A stretch of 64,000 nt of DNA, taken from the NCBI GenBank assembly GCA_049598495.1, contig JBMYNR010000004.1, positions 18,911-82,910 on the forward strand, in the 5' to 3' direction. Both the position numbers and the translations under genes were made by a program. This document shows, piece after piece, positions 22,192 to 32,223 of the stretch; position 1 is the first letter of the stretch, and each line of letters opens with the position of its first letter. The stretch is from Opitutales bacterium (GTDB taxonomy: Bacteria; Verrucomicrobiota; Verrucomicrobiia; Opitutales; Coraliomargaritaceae). The notes beneath the pieces were generated by a model that ran no database searches, had not been told where the DNA came from, and saw only the letters and a program-made list of their open reading frames with translations.

Positions 22192-24531
22192 TTAGGGCAA
22201 CTGCCCCTCCAGCCAATTAGCCAGATCCGCCTCAGTATCGATGCGAACAGAGCTCCTATATTCCGGCGCCAGTTCCTCGAAATAGGCGTTGTCAGCGAAT
22301 CGCTCGCCGTGGAGGAGCACCTTTGCCCGATGGCCAGGCGCTCGAACAATTCGTCCAAGTGCTTGATGGACTTTTCGCATCGCAGGACGGATATAAACAT
22401 CTCGAAACGCGGCTTGCCGAGAACTGCCATGATGTTGCTCCAGCTTTGTCTCTTGAATCAGATTCACTTCTGGAAGTGCAGGCCCGACGATCATGATGTT
22501 CTCGATACGTCCCCCCATTTGGTCGATGCCCTCGGCGTAGCTACTACCTAGAATAAGAAAGATTGCGTCGGCTATGAGTAGGCTCTCCTCGATAAACTGG
22601 CTTTGTTCGCCATAGTCGGCTCCACGGGTTTGGATGCGGATACGCATCTCCGGGTGTATTGCCTCTAGATAAGTAAGTACGTTTTGTGCATACTGGTAGG
22701 AGCTAAAAAAAATTGCAACAGGGACCCCGGGACTCGAATGGATACAGGCGGCGACCGTCTGAGCGGTGGTCTCATAGTAGTCTTCGCGTTTATGGTAACG
22801 CGTGTCGACTCTTCGATCAATGGCGACGTCGTAGGCATCTGCGCGCCAGCTAGCTTGGCCAAATGCGTGGGTCGACATTTCGGAACGGAGTCCGCAACTA
22901 GCTTCGAAGGCGTCTAGGGGCTCCAATGTGGCCGACATCAAAATCGTGCTGCTGAAGGGCTCAATGCATTGTTGAATCCAATCACTGGCATCGAGACAAG
23001 TCGCATGGAGACATCCGTTTTTCGCTTTCCAGTTAAGATATTCGTCTCGAGGAGCCGCCAGCGATGTGGCCATTCGGGGAATACTCCAGGCCAGTTCAAC
23101 GGCGAAGGGGGCGATCGAGTCGTAGTCAAAGCTGGCCTCGGTCAGTTGCTTGCTGAAGTCTTCGCAGAGATCCTGTCCGTTGTAGAGGGCGCTTAGGCTG
23201 AGTCCCTGTCCAATGGGTAGGGCGTCTATCCAGCGACAGAGTTCATTGCCTATCGAAAGCAGGCGTCGCGGAGCGCCGTGGCTTCGCAACTCTTCGATGG
23301 CAAAGAGTAAATCGGCGCTGGCCAGAGAGATACTTAGGTTCGCGGCCGTTCGCTCTGGTAAATTGTGTGCTTCGTCAATGACAAGAAGGGTGCGCTCGGG
23401 ATGATACCCTGGTGCATGGTCGAACACGCCTCTGCTTTCAGGTGAAAATATATAATTGCTATCGCCGACCCAGATCTCGGCAAAGGGGAGGCAGGCTTTC
23501 GTGATGGCGTAGGGACAGATTCCTGTGTCGCTTCCTAAGGTGCGGGCCTGTTGCGTTGTTACGGTTCCATTCTTAAACAAATCCGGTGGATGAATATCGG
23601 CTTCTCTCCAGTGTTGGACGATGTCCGTGTTGCATCGAATATCACCCGTGCAACTGTGTCTTGGGGAGTCGATACGATGCTCCGTTCGGTTGCGCATTTG
23701 AAGGAAGTGGATTTGCTCCCCAATCATCCCCTTAAGCTGGCGAATCGTTTCAAGCTGTCCCGTTGATTGACTGCTGAGATAGATGCATCGCTCGTAGAGT
23801 CCGTCCTGCATATGTTTGAGTGCATGCTCCAATACAATGCCGGTCTTTCCGAATCCGGTGGGTGCTTGGAGGAGTACGACTTTAGACTTCAGAGCAGCCT
23901 CATGAAGACTCGAAAAGAGTTCTGCCTGGCCGGGGCGCAGTGTTTCGAAAGCATTGCGGATATCGGCCTTCTTGAGCCGTAGGCGACTCTCTCTTCGCTC
24001 CTCGAGGAAGGGGATCAATGAATCGAGCCGATCGATGAACAGTTGAAGATCCTTGGTTTCGAGGCGGACCGACTGCCGTGCTCCGTTTTCGATATTAATA
24101 AAAAGCAGTTCGGATTCGATCGAATGTTCCTGATAGTCCGGAAGCATCTTGAGGAGAGCGTGGTAAATACTCGTTTGGGCGAAGTGGTCGGGGTAGGCTT
24201 GAAGTAAGCTCTCTCTCGCAGCGGGCAGGTGGCTGCGGATGGTTTTGATTTCGCGGATTAGAAAACCCGTATCTAGGGGAATCAACTGGTCGATACGTCC
24301 AAGTAATTGAAACTCCCAGTCACGGTGCCGCCATGTGGCCTCTACGCTCTGCTCGAACCGCGCCTCGGTGTTTTCCTTACGTGTTTCGACCTCGGCACAT
24401 CGATGCCATTCCTGTCCAATGGCGGCTCTCCAGGCATTGCGGCCATGACCTTGTTCTAGAGCCTGGTTCCGGAAGACTGCCAACTCTCGCACGCTGAGAC
24501 GTACGCTTCGCTGCAAGGGGTCAATTTGCAT
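22192..24531 (-). CDS. DinG/Rad3-family ATP-dependent DNA helicase with N-terminal PD-(D/E)XK nuclease-like domain
   Basis: APTGFGKT, IDEAHN, MSATL and QALGRIVR helicase motifs; N-terminal GRID...EIKT...QxxxY. Confidence 0.9.
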   Translation of the reverse strand: MQIDPLQRSVRLSVRELAVFRNQALEQGHGRNAWRAAIGQEWHRCAEVETRKENTEARFEQSVEATWRHRDWEFQLLGRIDQLIPLDTGFLIREIKTIRSHLPAARESLLQAYPDHFAQTSIYHALLKMLPDYQEHSIESELLFINIENGARQSVRLETKDLQLFIDRLDSLIPFLEERRESRLRLKKADIRNAFETLRPGQAELFSSLHEAALKSKVVLLQAPTGFGKTGIVLEHALKHMQDGLYERCIYLSSQSTGQLETIRQLKGMIGEQIHFLQMRNRTEHRIDSPRHSCTGDIRCNTDIVQHWREADIHPPDLFKNGTVTTQQARTLGSDTGICPYAITKACLPFAEIWVGDSNYIFSPESRGVFDHAPGYHPERTLLVIDEAHNLPERTAANLSISLASADLLFAIEELRSHGAPRRLLSIGNELCRWIDALPIGQGLSLSALYNGQDLCEDFSKQLTEASFDYDSIAPFAVELAWSIPRMATSLAAPRDEYLNWKAKNGCLHATCLDASDWIQQCIEPFSSTILMSATLEPLDAFEASCGLRSEMSTHAFGQASWRADAYDVAIDRRVDTRYHKREDYYETTAQTVAACIHSSPGVPVAIFFSSYQYAQNVLTYLEAIHPEMRIRIQTRGADYGEQSQFIEESLLIADAIFLILGSSYAEGIDQMGGRIENIMIVGPALPEVNLIQETKLEQHHGSSRQAAFRDVYIRPAMRKVHQALGRIVRAPGHRAKVLLHGERFADNAYFEELAPEYRSSVRIDTEADLANWLEGQLP

Positions 24532-24835
24532 CGATCAGTCGCTCACGCTCCGTCGCAGAGTCGCTACCTGTGAATGCGGACTTAAAAACTGGAGTGCGTT
24601 CAAGTTTTGATGGCTGTAGATGTTCTCGATGAATCGAGTGTGTGTTCGGGGAGATTTCTTTGCTCGCGGCGCCGTGGTCGGTTCGACCCCGCCCTGAGTT
24701 CTTGCTGAATGTGCGTTTGGAGGGGATGCTGCAATCAGCACAAGGGTGAGTCGGGGCGGGAACTTTATCGTTTTCATCTCGAGGCGAAATGTATTGTCTC
24801 GCTCTTTTAGTAAATCACAACCTGTTTTCACTCCT

Positions 24836-25771
24836 ATGCGAATACTCATTACCGGAGGTGCCGGTTTTCTCGGTAGTCATTTGTCCACTCGTCTTCTCAA
24901 CGAGGGGCATGAGGTCATCTGTCTGGATAATTTCTTTACTGGGCGTAAGAGCAATATTTTGCCGCTTATTGACCACCCCAATTTTGAGCTTCTCAGGCAC
25001 GATGTGATCGACCCTTTTAAGGCGGAGGTCGACCAAATCTACAACCTGGCCTGTCCCGCATCTCCAATTCACTACCAGTATAATGCGATCAAGACGATCA
25101 AGACTTCGGTCATGGGGGCGATCAACTGCCTAGGCTTGGCCAAGCGTCTGAATGCACGCGTCTTCCAGGCGTCCACTTCTGAAATCTATGGAGATCCCTC
25201 GGTTCACCCTCAGTCCGAATCCTACTGGGGCAATGTCAATCCGATCGGGATTCGTTCCTGTTATGACGAGGGCAAGCGCTGCGCGGAGACCCTTTTCATG
25301 GATTATCATCGTCAGAATGCCGTTGATATACGGATTGTTCGTATTTTTAACACCTATGGGCCGAATATGTGCCCAAATGACGGGCGGGTGGTCTCCAATT
25401 TTATTGTTCAAGCCCTTCAGGGAAAAGACATTACTGTCTATGGCCAAGGCCAGCAAACCCGTTCGTTTTGCTATTGCGATGATCTTATCGAGGGCTTCAT
25501 CCGTCTGATGAACCAGGAAGTAACCATCGGACCAATGAACATCGGTAATCCTAGTGAATTTACCATACTCGAGCTGGCTCAGAAGGTGATCGATCTTACC
25601 GGGAGTGCGTCAAAAATAGTCTATGAACCCTTGCCGTCGGATGACCCCAAGCAGCGGCAACCGGATATTAAACAGGCGAAGAAGATACTCCAATGGGAGC
25701 CGAAAGTCAGCCTTGATGAGGGGCTTAAGCCGACAATCGAGTATTTCGATAAGCTGCTGGCCGAAGGCTAG
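24836..25771 (+). CDS. UDP-glucuronate decarboxylase (UDP-xylose synthase) family
   Basis: [26 protein letters not shown] and DGRVVSNF motifs. Confidence 0.95.
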   Translation: MRILITGGAGFLGSHLSTRLLNEGHEVICLDNFFTGRKSNILPLIDHPNFELLRHDVIDPFKAEVDQIYNLACPASPIHYQYNAIKTIKTSVMGAINCLGLAKRLNARVFQASTSEIYGDPSVHPQSESYWGNVNPIGIRSCYDEGKRCAETLFMDYHRQNAVDIRIVRIFNTYGPNMCPNDGRVVSNFIVQALQGKDITVYGQGQQTRSFCYCDDLIEGFIRLMNQEVTIGPMNIGNPSEFTILELAQKVIDLTGSASKIVYEPLPSDDPKQRQPDIKQAKKILQWEPKVSLDEGLKPTIEYFDKLLAEG

Positions 25772-25866
25772 GCCGTGTCTGGAAATTACCGCAAAAAAGG
25801 TTTGCCACAGGGGTGTAAGGACCTAATTTCCGCTCCTTTTTCCAAAATCACCAACCAATTGCAGCC

Positions 25867-26037
25867 ATGCCCAGAGAGCACATCATTTTAGAATGCACCG
25901 AAGCCCGCGCCGAAGGTAAGCCCGTCTCCCGCTACATGTCCACACGCGACAAGAAAAAGCAGCCGGACCGTGTTGAGAAGAAGAAGTATAACAAGTTTCT
26001 TCGCCGCCACACTTTGCACCGCGAGATCAAGAACTAA
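25867..26037 (+). CDS. rpmG: 50S ribosomal protein L33 (form lacking the zinc-ribbon cysteines)
   Basis: Not in the ORF track (56 aa). Manual translation: [56 protein letters not shown]. Confidence 0.95.
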   Translation: MPREHIILECTEARAEGKPVSRYMSTRDKKKQPDRVEKKKYNKFLRRHTLHREIKN

Positions 26038-26060
26038 TTCCTAGGCTTTGGCTTTTTACG

Positions 26061-26087
26061 AAAACCCGCTCAACGGCGGGTTTTTTT
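26061..26087 (+). terminator. Rho-independent terminator after rpmG
   Basis: AAAACCCGCTCAACGGCGGGTTTTTTT. Confidence 0.9.
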
Positions 26088-26174
26088 GTGGCCTGTCAGA
26101 AGCTGAAATTGCCCGGACGAATGACGATTTCATTTGTCAATCACGGCGCAATCTGGAGTCTGCAGGAACAACTT

Positions 26175-26645
26175 ATGGATAAAGCCGAGTTCTTTCACCG
26201 TCTATTGGCTACACTTCGAGAGGAGGTGCGTCACGCCGTCGATGCCTCCAGGGACGCGGCCGAGTATGCGACCAATGAGGAGTCCCGAGCAGAATCGCAA
26301 TGGGACACACAGGGTTTGGAGGCCTCCTATCTCGCCGCGGGACAGGCGGAACAGGCGAGACAGTGGGCGGATGCCATTGAGGAGCTCCAGTCGGAGCGGG
26401 AAGACCTCCTCAAACCTCGAGAGGAGGTTTCACTGGGTGCACTCTTCAGCTGTGATTTCGGCGACTCGACCGAGCATTTCTTTTTCGCTGGCACCGCGGG
26501 TGGCCAGATCATCCGCATGGAAAATCATGGGGTAACGGTCATAACCGCGCAGTCACCGCTCGCGAGCCGTGTGATTGGGCGTAAAGCCGGTGATGCTTTT
26601 GAGTTGCCGAATGGTTCGATCGGGCAGGTCTTGACGGTGGAGTGA
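26175..26645 (+). CDS. GreA/GreB-family-like protein
   Basis: DTQGLEASYLAAGQ and ITAQSPLASRVIGRKAGD motifs. Confidence 0.8.
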   Translation: MDKAEFFHRLLATLREEVRHAVDASRDAAEYATNEESRAESQWDTQGLEASYLAAGQAEQARQWADAIEELQSEREDLLKPREEVSLGALFSCDFGDSTEHFFFAGTAGGQIIRMENHGVTVITAQSPLASRVIGRKAGDAFELPNGSIGQVLTVE

Positions 26646-26667
26646 TTCTTTATCCGGTTAGAATGGT

Positions 26668-27021
26668 ATGAAGGTTTACACGTATAAAAGCTGCGGTAGC
26701 TGCAAGAAGGCAATAAAGTGGCTACAATCCAAAGGTGTGTCTTTTGAAGAGGTGCCGATCCGTGAGACACCACCTACAGAAGAAGAGTTGCGCCGGATGC
26801 TCGACTACCAGAATGGTGAGATTCGTAAGCTCTTCAATACGGCTGGCAGCGATTATCGTGAACTACAACTGAAGGATCAGCTTGCAAACATGTCTGCATC
26901 GGAGGCAATTGCCCTGCTCGCATCGCGGGGCAACCTAGTAAAACGCCCTTTCTTACTGGGAAGTAGCTATGGGCTGGTCGGATTTAAAGAGGAGCTATGG
27001 GAGGCTGCCGGTATCTGCTAA
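26668..27021 (+). CDS. ArsC/Spx/MgsR family protein
   Basis: CGSCKKA and LVKRPF motifs. Confidence 0.9.
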   Translation: MKVYTYKSCGSCKKAIKWLQSKGVSFEEVPIRETPPTEEELRRMLDYQNGEIRKLFNTAGSDYRELQLKDQLANMSASEAIALLASRGNLVKRPFLLGSSYGLVGFKEELWEAAGIC

Positions 27022-27023
27022 TT

Positions 27024-27677
27024 GTGAGTGCGATTGAAGATTTGATTAAAACTGTGGCTGCACTTCGCGAACCGGAGACGGGCTGTCCGTGGGATATTGA
27101 GCAAGACCATCAGTCCATCGCTGAATGCCTTGTCGACGAGTGCTGTGAGCTTTTACAGACAATCGACCGCTTGGATATGGATCATATGGAGGAGGAGTTG
27201 GGTGACGTGCTTTTACAGGTAGTCATGCACGCACAGATGGCCAAGGAGGCGGGACATTTCGATTTCGAGAGTGTTTGTCGCGAGGTTAATGAGAAATTGG
27301 TGCGCCGACATCCGCACGTATTCGCTCAGGGTAAACTTTGTGACTCGGAGGCGGTGCTTGCACAGTGGGACCAGATCAAATCTGCGGAGCGCAAGCGTGG
27401 ACCGGAACAGGCCGGCAAGTTCAAGGATTTGCCCAAACAGCTGCCAGCGCTCATGTACGCGAAGGACGTCTACAAACAGATCCAGAAAATGAAGATGGCG
27501 GCCGATGATCTAATAGATCAGAGGGCGATCGATTCTATGGAGGATGCCATCGATGAGGGTTGTCTGGGAAAGCAGCTTTTCGAAATCGCAGCGGCCTGTC
27601 GGGCCAAGGGTCTGGATCCGGAATCAGAACTACGCCGATATGTTCAGTCGATTGTCGATACTCTGGAGTCCAGGTAG
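27024..27677 (+). CDS. mazG: MazG-family nucleoside triphosphate pyrophosphohydrolase
   Basis: GCPWDIEQ, EELGDVLLQVV and KLVRRHPHVF motifs. Confidence 0.92.
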   Translation: MSAIEDLIKTVAALREPETGCPWDIEQDHQSIAECLVDECCELLQTIDRLDMDHMEEELGDVLLQVVMHAQMAKEAGHFDFESVCREVNEKLVRRHPHVFAQGKLCDSEAVLAQWDQIKSAERKRGPEQAGKFKDLPKQLPALMYAKDVYKQIQKMKMAADDLIDQRAIDSMEDAIDEGCLGKQLFEIAAACRAKGLDPESELRRYVQSIVDTLESR

Positions 27678-27679
27678 GC

Positions 27680-28405
27680 GTGGAGATGGAGTTTTTGAAC
27701 GATGCCGGCAAGTCGCTCCCCATTGAGCTGAGGCGACGAAAGGGAGCCAGGCATCTAAAGCTGACGCTTGGGCTCAGAAACCAGATCGTCGTCTCGGCGC
27801 CCTGGCGCACGAGCGATCGTCATGTGCTTCATTTTCTCGAGGCACAGCGGTCTTGGATCGACGCACAACTTGCCGACGCACCCGAAGTATTCACGATTAG
27901 CGAATGGCTTCGTCTGCATCCTCGGGTTTCTGTAAGCGGGGATATCTTATCTGTCCGTGTTGAAGTCGACCCGGGTGCTCGGCATGGCTATTCCTTCGAC
28001 GAGGGCGGCTCGGTTTTGTGCTTAAAGCCGGTTGGCCGAGACGATGCATCACTGTTAAAACTGGTGCGTGAGTTTGCGAGGGATGCGCTCATCTGCCGCA
28101 CCTATTATCATGCGAAACGTGTGCGTGTCCGTATCGGTCGAATTTCGGTTCGTGATCAATCCAGTCGATGGGGTTCCTGTTCGGCATCGCGCTGCATTTC
28201 ATTGAATTGGAGGTTGGTGTTACTTGAGCCCTGTTTGCAGGACTATGTCATACTGCACGAGTTGGCGCACTTGAGTGAGATGAATCACGGTCCGAGGTTT
28301 TGGTCTCTGCTTAAGAGTTACGACCCCGATCGTTTGAAGCATGAGCAGGCTTTGGATGCCGTGAGTTCTTCAATTATGCGAGTGGGGCGTCTTGAAGCGC
28401 CTTAG
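27680..28405 (+). CDS. YgjP/DUF45 (SprT-like) metal-dependent hydrolase
   Basis: SRWGSCS and YVILHELAHLSEMNH motifs. Confidence 0.9.
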   Translation: MEMEFLNDAGKSLPIELRRRKGARHLKLTLGLRNQIVVSAPWRTSDRHVLHFLEAQRSWIDAQLADAPEVFTISEWLRLHPRVSVSGDILSVRVEVDPGARHGYSFDEGGSVLCLKPVGRDDASLLKLVREFARDALICRTYYHAKRVRVRIGRISVRDQSSRWGSCSASRCISLNWRLVLLEPCLQDYVILHELAHLSEMNHGPRFWSLLKSYDPDRLKHEQALDAVSSSIMRVGRLEAP

Positions 28406-28524
28406 CTCAACACATCGATCAACCTACAAAATTAAAGAATGAGCAATGAATAAGTATCATTCTTAGCCTTGCGCGATGGAGTGGGTGCTTTACCTTCAAT
28501 TCAGATTTGACGATAGCGGTGGTT

Positions 28525-29346
28525 ATGAATTCCCGGGAAACACAACGTATATCATTGGGCGCACTCCTACTGGCGTCGATTTCGGGGGCTTTATCGGGGC
28601 TGGTGATTGCCTCCGTTTTAGTGATCCTTGGTGTTTCTGTTGTGGAGGCTGCCCTCTTTTCAACCTTTGGTGCGATCGGAATTGCTTACTTTGTATGGAT
28701 CGAGCGGAGCCTAACAGATACGATTAAGCAAGGTGAACGAGCGCTGAGTCTTGAGACAGAGCGGCGTCTGGAATGGCAAAACCGACTTTATTCAAGCTCG
28801 CTCGCATGTCTCGTTCGTTTCGACACGGGAACCTTGGCTATTGAGCGTGTGAGCCCCGGTTTTATCAGAATGCTCCGGTTGTCTGCGGATACAGATTTGA
28901 GCGGTAAGCGTCTCGATGAAGTCCTTCAAATAAGTCCACTTGTTATCGAATCGTTCGTCGATTCGATCAAAAAGGGAGAGGATTCGCCAACGAAATCAAC
29001 GGTAGAGATTCGCAGTAGCGGAGGATTGGTGGAACGTGCGCACTTAAGTGGGCTTCATTTTCCAAATGAGAATGTGATTGAGGCGGCCTTTTTCGTGCCA
29101 CCGATCAATGATTTAGAGCGTGCGGCTGATCTTGAGAGCACGCGGGAGGATTTGGATCGCTTTCGGAAAGGGGTTTTTCGCAGAGAGACTCGAATTCTGG
29201 AATTAAAGGCAGAAGTCAACCAAGTCTGTCGGGAGGCGGGACTACCGATACGCTACGAGACGGATATCTCCTCAGAAAGCGGAGAGTTCGGGGCTTCTGA
29301 TACGATTCGCTCAAGCAATCGTGAGGATGAGGGAGGTGTGTCGTGA
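28525..29346 (+). CDS. Membrane-anchored PAS-like protein with no output domain
   Basis: Two TM helices, a PAS-like segment and C-terminal RETRILELKAEVN...RYE coiled coil; overlaps the kinase start (GTGA). Confidence 0.65.
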   Translation: MNSRETQRISLGALLLASISGALSGLVIASVLVILGVSVVEAALFSTFGAIGIAYFVWIERSLTDTIKQGERALSLETERRLEWQNRLYSSSLACLVRFDTGTLAIERVSPGFIRMLRLSADTDLSGKRLDEVLQISPLVIESFVDSIKKGEDSPTKSTVEIRSSGGLVERAHLSGLHFPNENVIEAAFFVPPINDLERAADLESTREDLDRFRKGVFRRETRILELKAEVNQVCREAGLPIRYETDISSESGEFGASDTIRSSNREDEGGVS

Positions 29347-31199
29347 TTAAGAAACGCCGGAGTATAGCCAGTGTTATTTCCGTGTATGCGGCTCTACCAG
29401 TAATTGCTGTCGTCATCTTCTTGATTGTTTCGACTGTTTCGTGGGAGCTGAATATCTATCTGGAAGAGCGGGCAAAATTGATCGAACAGTTTAATACAAT
29501 GCTCGCCAATCGCAGTGAGGTAGGCGGCAAGAGCATCGAGGAGATTTCCGACATATGGAGAGAGCGCACAAATGCCCATAGGCAGGAGTTTGTTCGAGGG
29601 ATTTCAATTGCCGGGGCATTTCTTATTTTAGGAATCGCTGTTCCGATCTTCGCAACGAGATACCTTGTGCGCCGTCTGGAGCGTAACTTGGAACTATTGT
29701 CTCAGCGTTTGAGTTGTGCGAGCATGGGTGATTCAGGACGGGCATTAGAAGGCTTTGATTTTGAAGAATTCGATCAACTGACGCAGGTATTGAACCGGAT
29801 TTCAATAAATCGATCTGACTCGGAGGCTCGCTGGAAGCGGGCTGAGGAGGAATTGATAGCCGCCAATTCTGATCTGTTGAAACAGGCAGGTGAGTTGAAG
29901 CAAGGGCGTCAGATCGCCTTGAGTATGATGGAGGATGCTGACAAGGCGCGCGAAGATTTGGAGGGGGCCAATGCAAGGCTGAACGAGGCGATTGAGCAAG
30001 CGAGAGAATCTGCGCGCGCAGCGGACAGTGCAAATCGCGCTAAAAGTGATTTCGTCGCCACGATGAGTCACGAAATAAGAACACCATTAAATGGTATTGT
30101 GGGCTTCATTCAGTTGCTCAACGAGACTTCGATGAGTGAGGAGCAGGAGGAGTTCGTTTCAACGATCCAGAGTAGTGGCGAAGCCCTGATGGCCGTGATT
30201 AATGACATTCTTGATTTCTCTAAGGTTGAATCAGGCAGCCTGACTCTGGAGTCACTCGAGTTCTCGATCTCTTCGTTGATTCAGGAATTGAGTGCGATGT
30301 TCTATCCGCAGGCAATCACGAAGGGGCTGAGTCTGAATATTGATGTGGACGAAGCCGTCCCGCGTCAGGTTAAGGGGGATGAAGCACGCCTTCGTCAGAT
30401 ACTTATCAACCTAATCTCGAATGCGATCAAGTTCACCGAGAAGGGAGCCGTTTCCCTTCATGTAAGCCTGCATTCTCTATCGCCGGAAGAGGAGGTCGCA
30501 GAGGTGGAATTTGAGGTCCGAGATTCTGGGATCGGTATGTCACAGGAGCAGATGAATCAACTCTTCAAACCCTTTTCCCAAGGAGATAGTTCGACCACGC
30601 GAAGATACGGTGGCACTGGTTTGGGCTTGGCTATTTCCAAGCGTCTTGGGGAGGCGATGGGCGGTCGGGTCTGGGCGGCGAGTCGACCGCACGAAGGTTC
30701 CAGTTTCTTCGTGCAGGTCCCCTTTAGTGTGGTCTCTGCGAAAGGCCCGGATGTTCCGATGCCGGTCGACGAGGCGTCCATCCAGGAGGCGCGTGTTGAA
30801 ACAGTGCTTCCTGCGGAAAGTCTGCCCCTAAAAATCGCCATTGCAGAAGACAATAAGGCCAATCAGCGGGTGATTATGATCATGTTGCGCCGGCTTGGAT
30901 GGGAATGCGTCTTCGCCGAGAATGGATACGAACTGATCCAGTTGATCAAGGATCAGGACTACGACCTAATATTTATGGATCTTCAGATGCCCGAGATGGA
31001 TGGCCTTGAGACAACTCGTCGAATACGGGCCGGAGAGGCGGGAGATTCTGTTCGGCACGCAAAAATTATTGCACTCACGGCTAACGCGCTTGTCGGAGAC
31101 GAGAGGAAATGCCTCGAGAACGGGATGGATACCTACCTTAGTAAGCCGATTAAATTAGATGAGCTTAGAGGGGCTATTGCAGGCCTATTCGAAGCTTAA
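29343..31199 (+). CDS. Hybrid sensor histidine kinase/response regulator
   Basis: MSHEIRTPLNG, NAIKFT, DSGIG and YGGTGLGL motifs; receiver FMDLQMPEMDG. Confidence 0.96.
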   Translation: MIKKRRSIASVISVYAALPVIAVVIFLIVSTVSWELNIYLEERAKLIEQFNTMLANRSEVGGKSIEEISDIWRERTNAHRQEFVRGISIAGAFLILGIAVPIFATRYLVRRLERNLELLSQRLSCASMGDSGRALEGFDFEEFDQLTQVLNRISINRSDSEARWKRAEEELIAANSDLLKQAGELKQGRQIALSMMEDADKAREDLEGANARLNEAIEQARESARAADSANRAKSDFVATMSHEIRTPLNGIVGFIQLLNETSMSEEQEEFVSTIQSSGEALMAVINDILDFSKVESGSLTLESLEFSISSLIQELSAMFYPQAITKGLSLNIDVDEAVPRQVKGDEARLRQILINLISNAIKFTEKGAVSLHVSLHSLSPEEEVAEVEFEVRDSGIGMSQEQMNQLFKPFSQGDSSTTRRYGGTGLGLAISKRLGEAMGGRVWAASRPHEGSSFFVQVPFSVVSAKGPDVPMPVDEASIQEARVETVLPAESLPLKIAIAEDNKANQRVIMIMLRRLGWECVFAENGYELIQLIKDQDYDLIFMDLQMPEMDGLETTRRIRAGEAGDSVRHAKIIALTANALVGDERKCLENGMDTYLSKPIKLDELRGAIAGLFEA

Positions 31200-31753
31200 G
31201 TCTCCGTTTTTGGCCTAATTTCTTTGGTTGTAGGTATCGGTGTTCTCAAGCTGAGAATGGCATAGAAAATCGTCCCGATGACGATTCCGCAGTCGGCAAT
31301 ATTGAAGGAAGGGTAGCGTCCTGTCGGCATGACGACCGGAATGGTAAATGGAAAATGGAAGTCGAGAAAGTCGATGACATGTCCATGAATGAGTCGGTCG
31401 ATAAGATTCCCGAGGATGCCACCGATGAGAAGCCCGAATGCCCACTGCATCGATCGCCTGTGTAATTCGAGACGAATCCTAAACTTATAGATAAGCAAGA
31501 GGGCTGCCAGCGCGATCATGGAGAGTAGGCCGCTATAGCCGGATAGCATGCCCCAGGCGGCGCCCTCGTTACCAATATGAACAATGTAGAAGAAGCCATC
31601 AATTATGGTTACGGCCTCGGGTGGGTAATAGCTGCCCAGCTTAAGATTGTGAAAGATCCATGCCTTCGTTGCCTGATCGAGCGCGAAAACGACGATGGCA
31701 GTGATGAACAGCAATTGGTAGTGCTTGAACTTCTGAATAGTGGAAGGGGGCAT
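31196..31753 (-). CDS. lspA: Lipoprotein signal peptidase
   Basis: LDQATK, NEGAAW, GNLIDR..GHVIDF and FNIAD motifs. Confidence 0.95.
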   Translation of the reverse strand: MPPSTIQKFKHYQLLFITAIVVFALDQATKAWIFHNLKLGSYYPPEAVTIIDGFFYIVHIGNEGAAWGMLSGYSGLLSMIALAALLLIYKFRIRLELHRRSMQWAFGLLIGGILGNLIDRLIHGHVIDFLDFHFPFTIPVVMPTGRYPSFNIADCGIVIGTIFYAILSLRTPIPTTKEIRPKTET

Positions 31754-31799
31754 CTTGAAAAATGTGATCAGGGCTTGATTTAGAGATGTGTTGTTAGTC

Positions 31800-32084
31800 T
31801 TAGTTCCTTTCGGGCATATCCCGGTAAAAAACGCCCACCTTGCCGACACTGCCAACGTATTCGCAATTCAGCCTTGGTGGAATTTCCATGCACAGTGCTT
31901 TTACGTTACTGCGGTTGCCCTCGAAGCGAATCTTAATGAGGCCGTTCTTGAGAAGAGCGGTCTCGATCTCAGCGATAACTGTTTCGCTTAAACCTTGCTT
32001 GCCGATATGAACGTGCGGTTTCAACCGCTGCGCGATCCCGCGAAGCTCTTTTTTTTCTGCACTGCTGAGTGGTTCGTTCTCCAT
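31800..32084 (-). CDS. yhbY: YhbY/CRM-domain RNA-binding protein
   Basis: LRGIAQRLKPHVHIGKQG...LIKIRF. Confidence 0.9.
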   Translation of the reverse strand: MENEPLSSAEKKELRGIAQRLKPHVHIGKQGLSETVIAEIETALLKNGLIKIRFEGNRSNVKALCMEIPPRLNCEYVGSVGKVGVFYRDMPERN

Positions 32085-32223
32085 TATTTCGATGGATACT
32101 TTTCGCTGTGGCAATGTCAGTAACAATATTCGCCTTGCGTATTGCCGATTTTCATCGAGTAGCAGGGAACCGAAATAGGGGATCGGTGTTGCTATGATTC
32201 GAAGCTTCGATCAAGGTTCTTGT

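Noticed and set aside
24660..24700. tRNA-like GGTTCGACCCC
   Set aside because: Only a T-loop-like motif; no acceptor, D or anticodon arms could be built.
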